Shown one piece after another: positions 1-8,971 of a DNA stretch of 33,723 bases. The stretch's first letter is position 1, and each line of letters starts with the position of its first letter. The DNA lies in contig JBHLPN010000006.1 of NCBI GenBank assembly GCA_048939445.1, positions 1 to 33,723 of the forward strand, written 5' to 3'. This DNA is from Promethearchaeota archaeon (GTDB taxonomy: Archaea > Asgardarchaeota > Lokiarchaeia > Sigyniarchaeales > SOKP01). A program made the translations under genes and the position numbers. The notes below the pieces were generated by a model. The model did not search any database. It had not been told where the DNA came from and saw only the letters and a list, made by a program, of their open reading frames with translations.

Positions 1-975
1 CATCTTTCTTTAATAGACGAAAATGGGTATACTGGTAGAGTTGATGGTGGTATTGGTCTTATGTTAGACCGTCCTAATGTAGTGTTCGAAGCCTCTAATA
101 GTGCTAAAGAATTTAAAATTGAAGCTCATAAATATTATCGAGAATCAATTGAAGTCATCAATGAAATAGCTTCTAAAGTATTTAAAAGATATAATATTAG
201 TAATAAGAATTTTCATTTCAATCTTAAAAGATATTTTCCCTCACACGTAGGTTTAGGTTCAAAAACGCAATTATCTTTAGCTATAGCTACAGCTATCACG
301 CAATTGAAGAACATTAGTCATTTAACTCATAAAGATTTAACTAAATTAGTAGAAAGAGGAGGAACCTCTGGAATAGGATGGAGAGGTTTTAACACGGGGG
401 GATTTATTTTAGATGGTGGTCATGATTTTGGACGAGGAAAAGAGAAAGAGACATTCTTACCCTCCTCTGCTTCATCTTCAGCTAATCCCGCTTTAACAAT
501 TTTTAGACATGATATACCTGAAAATTGGAGATTTGTACTTGTTATACCAAACGTAAAAAAGGGTGCTTACGGTGATGAGGAAATCGGTGTATTTCAAGAT
601 TATGCCCCAATTCCTAAAAATGAAGTAAATGAAGTATCACATCAAGTAATAATGAAGATTTTACCTGGTATTATTAAAAATGATTTAAAATGCTTTGGGG
701 AAGGATTAAAAAGAATTCAGAATATAGGGTTTAAAAAGATCGAAATAGAATTGCAGGATGAAATTGTTAGAGATCTTCTTAAATTTTTCGAAGATTATGA
801 ATTAAAGGCATATGCTATGTCGTCTTTTGGACCAAGTGTTATTGGTATTGTAGAATCAGATTTAGAAGCAGAAACATTATTAAGAGAAATTCAAAAAAAT
901 CAAAAAAATGGGGGAGGCCATATTTATATTTGTAAACCTAATAATATTGGCGCAAAAATTGAATTTATAGACTGA
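1..975 (+). CDS. mptG: beta-ribofuranosylaminobenzene 5'-phosphate (RFAP) synthase, GHMP-kinase fold; 5' end lies outside the window
   Basis: The frame is open from base 1 (HLSLIDENGYTGRVDGGIGLM), which is the conserved N-terminal motif, so ATG 61 is internal. Also PSHVGLGSKTQL, RGGTSGIG, GGFILDGGH and MSSFGP motifs; adjacent to mptD. Confidence 0.9.
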   Translation, partial: HLSLIDENGYTGRVDGGIGLMLDRPNVVFEASNSAKEFKIEAHKYYRESIEVINEIASKVFKRYNISNKNFHFNLKRYFPSHVGLGSKTQLSLAIATAITQLKNISHLTHKDLTKLVERGGTSGIGWRGFNTGGFILDGGHDFGRGKEKETFLPSSASSSANPALTIFRHDIPENWRFVLVIPNVKKGAYGDEEIGVFQDYAPIPKNEVNEVSHQVIMKILPGIIKNDLKCFGEGLKRIQNIGFKKIEIELQDEIVRDLLKFFEDYELKAYAMSSFGPSVIGIVESDLEAETLLREIQKNQKNGGGHIYICKPNNIGAKIEFID

Positions 976-981
976 TATTAA

Positions 982-1368
982 ATGCCCAAAATTAATGAAA
1001 AAATTTATTTTTCATCTGACCTAAGTGAAAGAGAGAGAGCCTGCTTTGAAACTGGAATTAAATTAGGTGCATTATATCATATACTTTGTGGTATTCCAAT
1101 AACTTCAGATGAAAAAATTATAAAATCTATTGAAGATGGTATTGAAGCAGCAATTTCTTGCCAACCTTATGTAAAATCTATTAAAATAATATTAGATAGA
1201 GACAAAATTACTAAAAATAAATCTACAGAATTCGATTATGATGAAATATCTGGGAAAATTATTCGAGCTGAATTAAATTTAAAATATGAAGCTATTGAAG
1301 TTATCGCAAAAATCGACTGGATTGAAGAATTACAATATCCTCTTATGTATATTGAAAAAATTCAATAG
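982..1368 (+). CDS. mptD: archaeal dihydroneopterin aldolase (DUF381 family)
   Basis: RERACFETGIKLGALYH, AISCQPYV and C-terminal EELQYPLMYI motifs; 6 nt downstream of mptG. Confidence 0.88.
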   Translation: MPKINEKIYFSSDLSERERACFETGIKLGALYHILCGIPITSDEKIIKSIEDGIEAAISCQPYVKSIKIILDRDKITKNKSTEFDYDEISGKIIRAELNLKYEAIEVIAKIDWIEELQYPLMYIEKIQ

Positions 1369-1431
1369 CTAAAAGTTCCTCAAACTGAAAGAAATGATTT
1401 TGTTGATAAAGATAATAAAATCAATTATTTA

Positions 1432-1695
1432 GTGTATAAATTAATGAAGACAAAAAATATAAGTGTTAATATGAAAAAAGGGAAGAAAATTCCTTTTAAA
1501 GAGACATATATAACATTTTATAAACATAAAAAAAGAATAAAAATAAATCAAAGATTTATTGAGCAAACAAAAAACCAATCAATTACTTTAAACTTCAAAG
1601 AATGTGAACGGTTAATAAATTTACTCACTTTTTTTGTATTTAATGGGAAATTTGAGCCATATGAAGGTAAAATGCTTAAGATCGAAGAAGATTAA
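1432..1695 (+). CDS. small basic hypothetical protein (start may be ATG 1444 or 1471)
   Basis: Fills the gap between mptD and the convergent DUF447 gene, with a 4-nt stop overlap; no recognised family. Confidence 0.45.
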   Translation: MYKLMKTKNISVNMKKGKKIPFKETYITFYKHKKRIKINQRFIEQTKNQSITLNFKECERLINLLTFFVFNGKFEPYEGKMLKIEED

Positions 1696-2390
1696 TCCAT
1701 TAGGCAACTGATGTATTTATCTATAAGGTAAATTGATTTGAACGCTCTTCTATTATTTCCAAATCTTTCAATATTCTCTTTACAATCCTCAATCTTTTCA
1801 TGAATTTTAGAAAATTGAGCTTCGTTTTGATTTTTTTTAGCAATTTTTAAGCGAGTTGCTAATATTGTTGCTTCTAGAGCTAGATTTTCAGCCCGATTAA
1901 ACAACTTATGTGTATCTCGAAGTTTCTCGTTAAAAATCACATCTAATTTAAATACAGGTACTATAATTTCTCCTAAATCATCCTTTTTGGTTTTGTGAAA
2001 TTCTTGTGAAATTTCACCTATTAAAATTCCCCATGCTTTTTTTATATATGGTACATCTACAGCACGAGATTCTAAGTATCTAAAATCATAGTATTTAGAG
2101 GGAAATTCTGTTAAATTAATAGGAGATTCTGGTTCTTTCAATGCAGCTAGAGCATACAAATATATATCATCAACGAAATTGATAGCAATTATACTATAAT
2201 CCTTCAAATTTTTATAAGTAGTTGTGCTGTAGAAAGGAGATATTTGTATTTGTTCCCCCTCTATCATTCTTATCCCCATACAAGAGGCATTGGGTCTAAT
2301 TTCATTACTATTTTTTGTTATAGAATAGGTTGTGGCTATAATTTCATATAAATTACCTTCTTTTAGTCCAAAATCGTGATAGTTAAACAT
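1692..2390 (-). CDS. DUF447 family protein (flavin-binding split-barrel-like, pterin-cluster associated)
   Basis: YEIIATT...PNASCMGI...STTYKNL N-terminal pattern and FNRAENLALEATILATRL helical C-terminus typical of DUF447. Confidence 0.75.
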   Translation of the reverse strand: MFNYHDFGLKEGNLYEIIATTYSITKNSNEIRPNASCMGIRMIEGEQIQISPFYSTTTYKNLKDYSIIAINFVDDIYLYALAALKEPESPINLTEFPSKYYDFRYLESRAVDVPYIKKAWGILIGEISQEFHKTKKDDLGEIIVPVFKLDVIFNEKLRDTHKLFNRAENLALEATILATRLKIAKKNQNEAQFSKIHEKIEDCKENIERFGNNRRAFKSIYLIDKYISCLMD

Positions 2391-2462
2391 TTTGATCCAA
2401 TAATAAGACAGTATATTTTTTTCTTCTTGAACTTTTTTAGGTTTCTTCTCAAAAGAAAAAAT

Positions 2463-3341
2463 TTAAAGAGTAAAATTATTTACCTTAGGTTTTGTTTCAA
2501 TTTCAGGATAAATTTTACCGACTATAGGAGGAGAACTATTATATATCTCTTCAATATCTATTAATCCATATTCAATATTTTCAACCGATTGAATACCTGT
2601 AAATGTTCCCTTCACTACTTGGCTAGCCATATCGAAATTAGCACCAAGTACAGCAACTTTTGAATTAACTGGAATCTTCAAAAAATCTTCCTTTAATGCT
2701 GTCAAGGGGAAATAGAGTCTATTGTGATCAACAGCATTTAGTTGAAGATGTGGAATGATTATTGGATATCCATCAGAAGGATCAATATATGCTATCGCTC
2801 TTACACCTATTTTATCTGTAAATAGCTTATATCCTATAACATTTAATCGCTGTTCTTCTAGATTGGTTTTTGTTTCTTCTATAATAGTTTTAGCAATTTT
2901 TCTTGGTATACTTCCAGGAGGTAATTCTCTTAGCGGAGTGACAGCAATAACTTTGTTATAAAAGACTTTATAAATATTAACATACGTGAAATATCGGAAA
3001 AAATTTGATTGGTTAAAATTATCAAGATCTTCTCCTTCACTTTTTGTATAAGTATAATCAACTTTTACTTGGATAAATTTAAATGGTGCTTCTGCTGTCA
3101 TATAAAAAATTCCTTGCTTTGGATTTACTTTTACATTCTCTTTACTAGTTCCAGCGAAGAATTGCCCCCATACTATCTGGTCTTTAGTTTTCGCTCGATT
3201 TGATGTAATTATAGTAATATGGGGCCAACCACGTGAGTCTATTGTTGAAACTAATTTTATCATTATATCTGGTTGAGTAAATTCAATAAGTGCATCTGAA
3301 AATTCAGATAACCAGCCAAATTTATTATTTTTTTCACTCAT
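2463..3341 (-). CDS. tandem pyridoxamine 5'-phosphate oxidase-like (FMN/F420-binding split barrel) protein
   Basis: Two repeats of the split-barrel start motif (LVSTIDSRGWPHIT; IAYIDPSDGYPIII) and SKENVKVNPK. Confidence 0.7.
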   Translation of the reverse strand: MSEKNNKFGWLSEFSDALIEFTQPDIMIKLVSTIDSRGWPHITIITSNRAKTKDQIVWGQFFAGTSKENVKVNPKQGIFYMTAEAPFKFIQVKVDYTYTKSEGEDLDNFNQSNFFRYFTYVNIYKVFYNKVIAVTPLRELPPGSIPRKIAKTIIEETKTNLEEQRLNVIGYKLFTDKIGVRAIAYIDPSDGYPIIIPHLQLNAVDHNRLYFPLTALKEDFLKIPVNSKVAVLGANFDMASQVVKGTFTGIQSVENIEYGLIDIEEIYNSSPPIVGKIYPEIETKPKVNNFTL

Positions 3342-3384
3342 AATTCATCATTCTTTTTTTAATATATATTTTTAATTAATTTAA

Positions 3385-4386
3385 TCAACAAGATGTTAAT
3401 TTTGATTTTTCTATATCTGGAGTATTTCTTCCATTATTTTCTATTTTTTTTGTCAATCCAGACCAATGAGGATTTTTAACACCACTAGATTCTGCAATTT
3501 TTAAAAAATATTCCATTTCTTCTTCCTTCATTAATGGCTCGTTCTTTAATTGCCATTCCATATCTAATCTTTCATATTTTGAGATACAAAGATTATTAAA
3601 AGAAAGAAGATCCCATCTTTCAGGAAAATTATTTAATTTTTTTACAATAAACTCTCCTATCCCTTTAATATTTTCTTCAATAGCAGTGTAATGAGGGATA
3701 ATTGGCGTTCTAATCCACATTTTTTTACCAGCTTTTTCTAATTTTTTAGAAATCCAAATCGCGTTTTCCAATATTAAATCATTAGGGACTCCTGTGAATT
3801 CTTTATGTTTATCAGAATCTATAAGTTTTAAATCTAAAAGTACTAAATCAACATACGGTAAAATTTGTTCATAAACCTTTTTGGAAGCATATCCACATGT
3901 ATCTATAGCAGTCGAGATTCCATTTTCTTTACACTTTTTTAAAAAATCCGTAACAAAATCAGGTTGTTGTGTAGGTTCACCACCAGAAACAGTTACTCCT
4001 CCATTAGATTTAGTGTAATATACCTTGTCTTTTTCGATTTCAAAGAAAAGATCTTCTAACTTCCACCATCTACCTAACAGATTTAATGCTGTAGAAGGAC
4101 ATTCGTCTACACATTCTCCGCTTCCTATACACTTTTTTCTATCAATAATTAATCCATCCTCGTCAAATGATAATGCTTTTTGTTGGCAGGTTTCTATACA
4201 TGTCCTGCAACCTATACATTTATGTTTAAACCACTCAAGTTGAGGTATTTTAAGTATTGACTCGGGATTATGACACCATATGCAATTTAAAGGGCATTGT
4301 TTAAAAAATACGGTTGTTCGTATACCCGGACCATCTTCAGTTGAAAATTTCTGAATTTGAAAAATTAATGCTTCGGAGGTTCCCAT
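3385..4386 (-). CDS. glycyl-radical enzyme activating protein (radical SAM with ferredoxin insertion)
   Basis: IQKFSTEDGPGIRTTVFFKQCPLNCIWCHNPES (CX3CX2C), CxxCxxCxxxC insert, GGVTVSGGEP, DTCG. ATG 4386 is preferred over TTG 4425. Confidence 0.92.
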   Translation of the reverse strand: MGTSEALIFQIQKFSTEDGPGIRTTVFFKQCPLNCIWCHNPESILKIPQLEWFKHKCIGCRTCIETCQQKALSFDEDGLIIDRKKCIGSGECVDECPSTALNLLGRWWKLEDLFFEIEKDKVYYTKSNGGVTVSGGEPTQQPDFVTDFLKKCKENGISTAIDTCGYASKKVYEQILPYVDLVLLDLKLIDSDKHKEFTGVPNDLILENAIWISKKLEKAGKKMWIRTPIIPHYTAIEENIKGIGEFIVKKLNNFPERWDLLSFNNLCISKYERLDMEWQLKNEPLMKEEEMEYFLKIAESSGVKNPHWSGLTKKIENNGRNTPDIEKSKLTSC

Positions 4387-4441
4387 GATCTTAATTTTAT
4401 CATTTAGTTTTAATAATGTTTTCAAAATAAATCAAAAATTT

Positions 4442-6946
4442 CTATATTCGATGAGATTCTCTTGCGATAATCTCATTTTGTAATTCTCTACCTATAACAG
4501 TGAAGTATGCATTGTATCCTGTTACCCTAACTAAAAGATTCTTATAATTTTCAGGATGTTTTTGAGCATCTTTTAGCATTTCAGCATCGATCATATTGAT
4601 TTGTAGAGCAGTACCTCCGTTTTCAATATATCCTCTTAAATAAGCCTTAAATTTCTCTTTATGTTCTGGGTCTTTAATTATAGAAGGATTAAATGTAATT
4701 GTGTGACTTGCTCCATTTGGTAAATAATTAATATATTCTCCAGATTCAGTTTTACCTCCTAATGCCTTACCAACAGAATTAGTAACTGCTGTGGGTCCTT
4801 TCATATCGGCTCCATCAGTTGGACAAATAGCATTTGATAGAAATACTCCCTTATTTCGTCCATTTGGAGTTGCAATTGTATAATTTGCATCTGCTCCAGC
4901 CCAATAGTTCCATGATAACATTCCTGGGCGATATTGATAATTAGTTGGCGATTTATATTTCCAACATTCTTCTGCCCAAGTTTCCATTATTATTCTAGAT
5001 AATTCATCCGCATCATCATCATCATTTCCATATTTAGGAGCTTTATTTCTTAAATAAGTTTGCATTACTTCATATCCTTTGAAATCGTTCATAATAGCAT
5101 CCTTAATTTCTGCTATAGTATATTTTTTTTCTTCGTATACAAGTTTTTTAATTGATAATAATGAATCTACTGTCGTAGCAAATCCTACTCCTTCAACAGT
5201 TATAAATCTCAATTCAGGACCTCCCTCTGTAATATCTAAACCTTGTTCTATACATCCCCGAACCATTGATGATAAATATGGTGCGCGAATAAAATCTCCT
5301 CGAAGCTCTTCACATAAATTATATGTATCTACAGTATATTTAATAATAAATTTGATTTGTTTTTCCCAAGCGTCATAAAATTCTTCCCATGTTTGAAATT
5401 TTTCAGGATCTCCCAATTCTGGGCCTATTTGTTCACCCGGTTTAGTAGCAATATCGTTTCCAGGCATGTTATGACCATTCCATAACGTTAATTCTATAGA
5501 TTTAGTTAAATTTGGGTTGCAATTTACAGTTTTACTCCTATCATTACCTTGCATAGTATTTTCGAGACAACCTACAACTCCATAATTCCAGGCTTCTTCT
5601 TTAGGGACACCTTCTTTAATCATTCCAGCAATGCTTCTCTCATCAAAATTTAGGATGAATGGAGAACCCTGAGATCTTGCAACCATATCTACTAAAATAT
5701 CTAAAAGTTTATCAGGAGAGTTTCTATGAAGTCTTATATTAGGTTTTGGCTCAAGACTAGGGTACCATGAATCTATAACTTCAAGCATAGTGTATGTGAG
5801 TTCATTTGTTAAATCCTCTCCATTTGGACCGCAACCAGAGAGTGTTATAATTTGACCAAATCCTGAATTTAATCCCTGTCTACCAACTCTAATCATTGCA
5901 TCATATGCCGTATTACAGTGAAACCAAAAACTACCTAAAATATCTTTTGCAAAATCTTTAGTAATTGTCTTTTTTTCAATAACATCAATTTTATATAAAT
6001 CCCAAAGATACTGATCAATTCTTCCAAAAGAGAGACCTGCTCCAGGATATGATTCTTCAGCCATTACCAGCATATGAATTAGCCAAACTGCTTGAACCCC
6101 TTGCCAAAAAGTCTCAGCAGGTTCCCATGGTACTCTTTCTAAATTTTTTGCCATATGTTCAAGTTCTTCGACCCTTTCAGGCTTAATTTCCCTATTTTTT
6201 AATCTTCGACATTCTTCAGCATACTTTTTTGCTAATTTCTTTGGAATTTTTGCTGAGATCATCATTGCCTTAAGTTCTTCTCCTTTAGGACCATTTTTTT
6301 CGTCTTCGCGAAGTTTATCAAATGTTTTATATGCTTTTTCATAGAAATATTTAAAACCTTTTTTAACCACAGTTTCATAATCAGGTATAAGATGGCCAGG
6401 CACCGCTCCTACATTTCCAAAACCTGATTTGTGATATTTAAAAACAGCTTCTCTGTTTCTTATGTTTCTTTTCCAATATTCTTTGGCTTCTTCCTTATTA
6501 AAACATCTGCTTAATTGAGTATTAAATCTCCCACCTGCAATTAAATCATTTTCAGAAATAATTTCCTGAGGAATATAATTAAGCATAACTTTTTCTAAAA
6601 ATGTAGCTCTACGTTCTGTTAGAGATAATTCCCAATAATTATCTGGTAACTCAATCGGTATAGCCATTGATCTAAAGGATGAAGCAAATGCACCCTGATC
6701 ATTCTTCCCTAGAATCTGAATATAATAATATACTTCGGGATTAATATACCAATCTCCCTCATGAAAAATGATATCCCAATCTGTTCCAGTAGTATACGGT
6801 TGAATTTGGTTATTCCATTCTCGTTCTAATCCCTTGTAGAAATATTCCCTAAGCCATTTAGAACGAGGAGAAAGATTATGAGGCTCTGCAACAGGGAATT
6901 TTGGGCCTCCTTTTTGATAAGCTTGATTTTCATTGGTTTTACTCAT
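4442..6946 (-). CDS. glycyl-radical enzyme, PFL2/eliminase-like; substrate unknown
   Basis: C-terminal LLVRVTGYNAYF glycyl loop, single-Cys loop VVGCLEN, SFGRIDQYL, PKYGND; activase immediately downstream. Confidence 0.9.
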   Translation of the reverse strand: MSKTNENQAYQKGGPKFPVAEPHNLSPRSKWLREYFYKGLEREWNNQIQPYTTGTDWDIIFHEGDWYINPEVYYYIQILGKNDQGAFASSFRSMAIPIELPDNYWELSLTERRATFLEKVMLNYIPQEIISENDLIAGGRFNTQLSRCFNKEEAKEYWKRNIRNREAVFKYHKSGFGNVGAVPGHLIPDYETVVKKGFKYFYEKAYKTFDKLREDEKNGPKGEELKAMMISAKIPKKLAKKYAEECRRLKNREIKPERVEELEHMAKNLERVPWEPAETFWQGVQAVWLIHMLVMAEESYPGAGLSFGRIDQYLWDLYKIDVIEKKTITKDFAKDILGSFWFHCNTAYDAMIRVGRQGLNSGFGQIITLSGCGPNGEDLTNELTYTMLEVIDSWYPSLEPKPNIRLHRNSPDKLLDILVDMVARSQGSPFILNFDERSIAGMIKEGVPKEEAWNYGVVGCLENTMQGNDRSKTVNCNPNLTKSIELTLWNGHNMPGNDIATKPGEQIGPELGDPEKFQTWEEFYDAWEKQIKFIIKYTVDTYNLCEELRGDFIRAPYLSSMVRGCIEQGLDITEGGPELRFITVEGVGFATTVDSLLSIKKLVYEEKKYTIAEIKDAIMNDFKGYEVMQTYLRNKAPKYGNDDDDADELSRIIMETWAEECWKYKSPTNYQYRPGMLSWNYWAGADANYTIATPNGRNKGVFLSNAICPTDGADMKGPTAVTNSVGKALGGKTESGEYINYLPNGASHTITFNPSIIKDPEHKEKFKAYLRGYIENGGTALQINMIDAEMLKDAQKHPENYKNLLVRVTGYNAYFTVIGRELQNEIIARESHRI

Positions 6947-6971
6947 GATTTTGAACCTTTTTTAACTTATA

Positions 6972-7020
6972 TTTATAAATAGTTTTGAATCTCTTATTAA
7001 TTTAAGAGATATTCTCTTAA
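6972..7020 (-). promoter_or_regulatory. putative TATA box plus nested inverted repeats upstream of the GRE operon
   Basis: TTTATAAA at 6972-6979, about 26 nt before the ATG. ATCTCTTA-N6-TAAGAGAT at 6989-7010 overlaps TTAAGAGA-N3-TCTCTTAA at 7002-7020. Confidence 0.45.
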
Positions 7021-7131
7021 TTTTATTTAAAACAACTATAATTTTAAAACTTTAAATTATTTTTAATAATGTTTTTTCTCAAAATTAATATTTAAAAAAA
7101 AAATTAAAATTTAAAAATGAAAAGATATAAT

Positions 7132-7650
7132 TTATTTAAGTCTTGCTTCTGATAAATGAAGGTGATCGGTTTCTACTTCTACAAAAGCCTCAAAAATCTC
7201 TTTTACACGTGGATTTTCAGCTTCCGCAGCAGCTTGTCCATAGAATTTTATTGCTCTATCTTCTCTGCTATGTGATTCTTCAAGATTAGGTTTGTATTCA
7301 GCAGCACATTTATCATATTTAGGGAATTTTACCTTATCTAACTTCAAAATTTTCTTCCAAACAGAGGCATGTTCAGCCTCTACCTTAGCAAGAATTTTAA
7401 ATATCTTTTGACCATCTAATTCTGGAGTTTTTGTACTGGCACATTTATAAAATATATTGTTTGATACCTCAACTTCTAAAGCTTTTTCAGCATTTTGCTT
7501 ATCTTTCTTGTTTAATTCAACATCCCAAGCACCAGTATCATCATATTCTGTCGATTCTACAAAATATTTTTTGTAAGCACCACAAAATGGGCATCGACTT
7601 GGGGCTTCCTCTCCAATATAAGCTTCTCCACATATCTTACACACATACAC
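7132..7650 (-). CDS. reverse rubrerythrin-like protein (N-terminal rubredoxin knuckle + ferritin-like di-iron domain); start possibly ATT 7659
   Basis: CKICG...CPFCG, then EAEH and ETDH (ExxH) di-iron motifs. Confidence 0.85.
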   Translation of the reverse strand: MYVCKICGEAYIGEEAPSRCPFCGAYKKYFVESTEYDDTGAWDVELNKKDKQNAEKALEVEVSNNIFYKCASTKTPELDGQKIFKILAKVEAEHASVWKKILKLDKVKFPKYDKCAAEYKPNLEESHSREDRAIKFYGQAAAEAENPRVKEIFEAFVEVETDHLHLSEARLK

Positions 7651-7879
7651 TTTAACAATTATCTTCTTTCACCTTTTTTTATGATGTTTATTACTCTTAT
7701 CCTACTATATTATAATACATTATCTAAAAGATTAACTTATTAGAAATTTCCACTATTTTAAAAGTTTTAAGTTAATTTCTAAAAACAAAATAAGTTAAAA
7801 GCAATCATTAAAAAAAATAGAATATAAAAAAAATTATAGAATCTTTTAAAAAGTATTAATAGATTTAGTATGATTATCA

Positions 7880-8971
7880 TTGTATAAAGTTCTTGGAATT
7901 GACCCAGGATCGAAGAGTTGGGATTTCTTCGGTTTAGAAGATAATAAAGTAATTTTAGACACATCCTTACTTACTAAAGAGCTTATAAATGATCCGCAAA
8001 AAGCTATTACAATAATTAAAACTGTAAAGGATATTGATTTAATGGTTGCTCCTAGTGGGTTTGGACTTCCTTTAAAAGATGTGCATGAATTAACAGAACA
8101 AGATATTTTTTTCACTTTATTAAAATTTGATCAGAAAGAAAAAAATAAATTAGTTGGTCTGGGAGAGGTTTTAAGATTAATTAAAGCTCAAAAAATCCCA
8201 GGAATTATTGTCCCTGGAGTCAAGCATTTACCTACTGTTCCTAAATATCGAAAAATTAATAAAATTGATATGGGTACTGCAGATAAAATTTGCACTGCAG
8301 TTACAGGAATTAGAGACCAAATGGAAAGATTTAAAGTTGCTGCTGAAGATACAAATTTTATTATGGTAGAAATAGGTTATGGATTCACAGCGGTTTTGGC
8401 AATTGAAAATGGTCAAATTATTGATGGAATAGGAGGTTCAAATATTATGGGTTTTAGAGCATGTGGTGCTCTTGATGGGGAGCTAGCTTATCTTATCAAA
8501 AATATCCATAAGAAAAATATCTACAAAGGTGGAGTTGCCTATATTTCAGGATATTCCGATTTGAGCTTAAAAGAAATCACACTTCTAGCAGAGAAGGATG
8601 AACAGACTAAATTAGCTTTAAAAGCTTATTTATCAAGTGTGAAAAAAGCTGTTTTTGGAATATCGTCATCATTTTCATCTAAAGATAAAATAAAAGAAGT
8701 ATTATTAGCTGGGAGAGGAGCAAGTTTAACATATTTTCGAGAAAAAATGATACGTGGATTAAATGATGTTGCTCCAGTAAGAATCATGGCATCTTTTAGT
8801 CAAATAGCGAAACGAGCTGCTCAAGGGGCAGCTTTTATTGCTAATGGAATTTTAGGGGGAAATTTTGAGCCCATAATTAACAATTTAAAAATAAAAGAAG
8901 CTACTGGTTCAATATTAGATGATATTTTTATTCCATTCGAAAAAGAAAAGCTCATAAGTGATTTAGATTAA
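7880..8971 (+). CDS. DUF1464 family ASKHA-fold protein (butyrate-kinase-like)
   Basis: VLGIDPGSKSWD, APSGFGLP, PGVKHLPTVP, KINKIDMGTADK, EIGYGFT, GQIIDGIGG, AAQGAAFIANG. Confidence 0.8.
   Translation: MYKVLGIDPGSKSWDFFGLEDNKVILDTSLLTKELINDPQKAITIIKTVKDIDLMVAPSGFGLPLKDVHELTEQDIFFTLLKFDQKEKNKLVGLGEVLRLIKAQKIPGIIVPGVKHLPTVPKYRKINKIDMGTADKICTAVTGIRDQMERFKVAAEDTNFIMVEIGYGFTAVLAIENGQIIDGIGGSNIMGFRACGALDGELAYLIKNIHKKNIYKGGVAYISGYSDLSLKEITLLAEKDEQTKLALKAYLSSVKKAVFGISSSFSSKDKIKEVLLAGRGASLTYFREKMIRGLNDVAPVRIMASFSQIAKRAAQGAAFIANGILGGNFEPIINNLKIKEATGSILDDIFIPFEKEKLISDLD

Noticed and set aside
4442-6946. Pyruvate formate-lyase (pflB)
   Set aside because: Lacks the adjacent Cys-Cys active-site pair, and the activase has a ferredoxin insert typical of non-PFL GREs.
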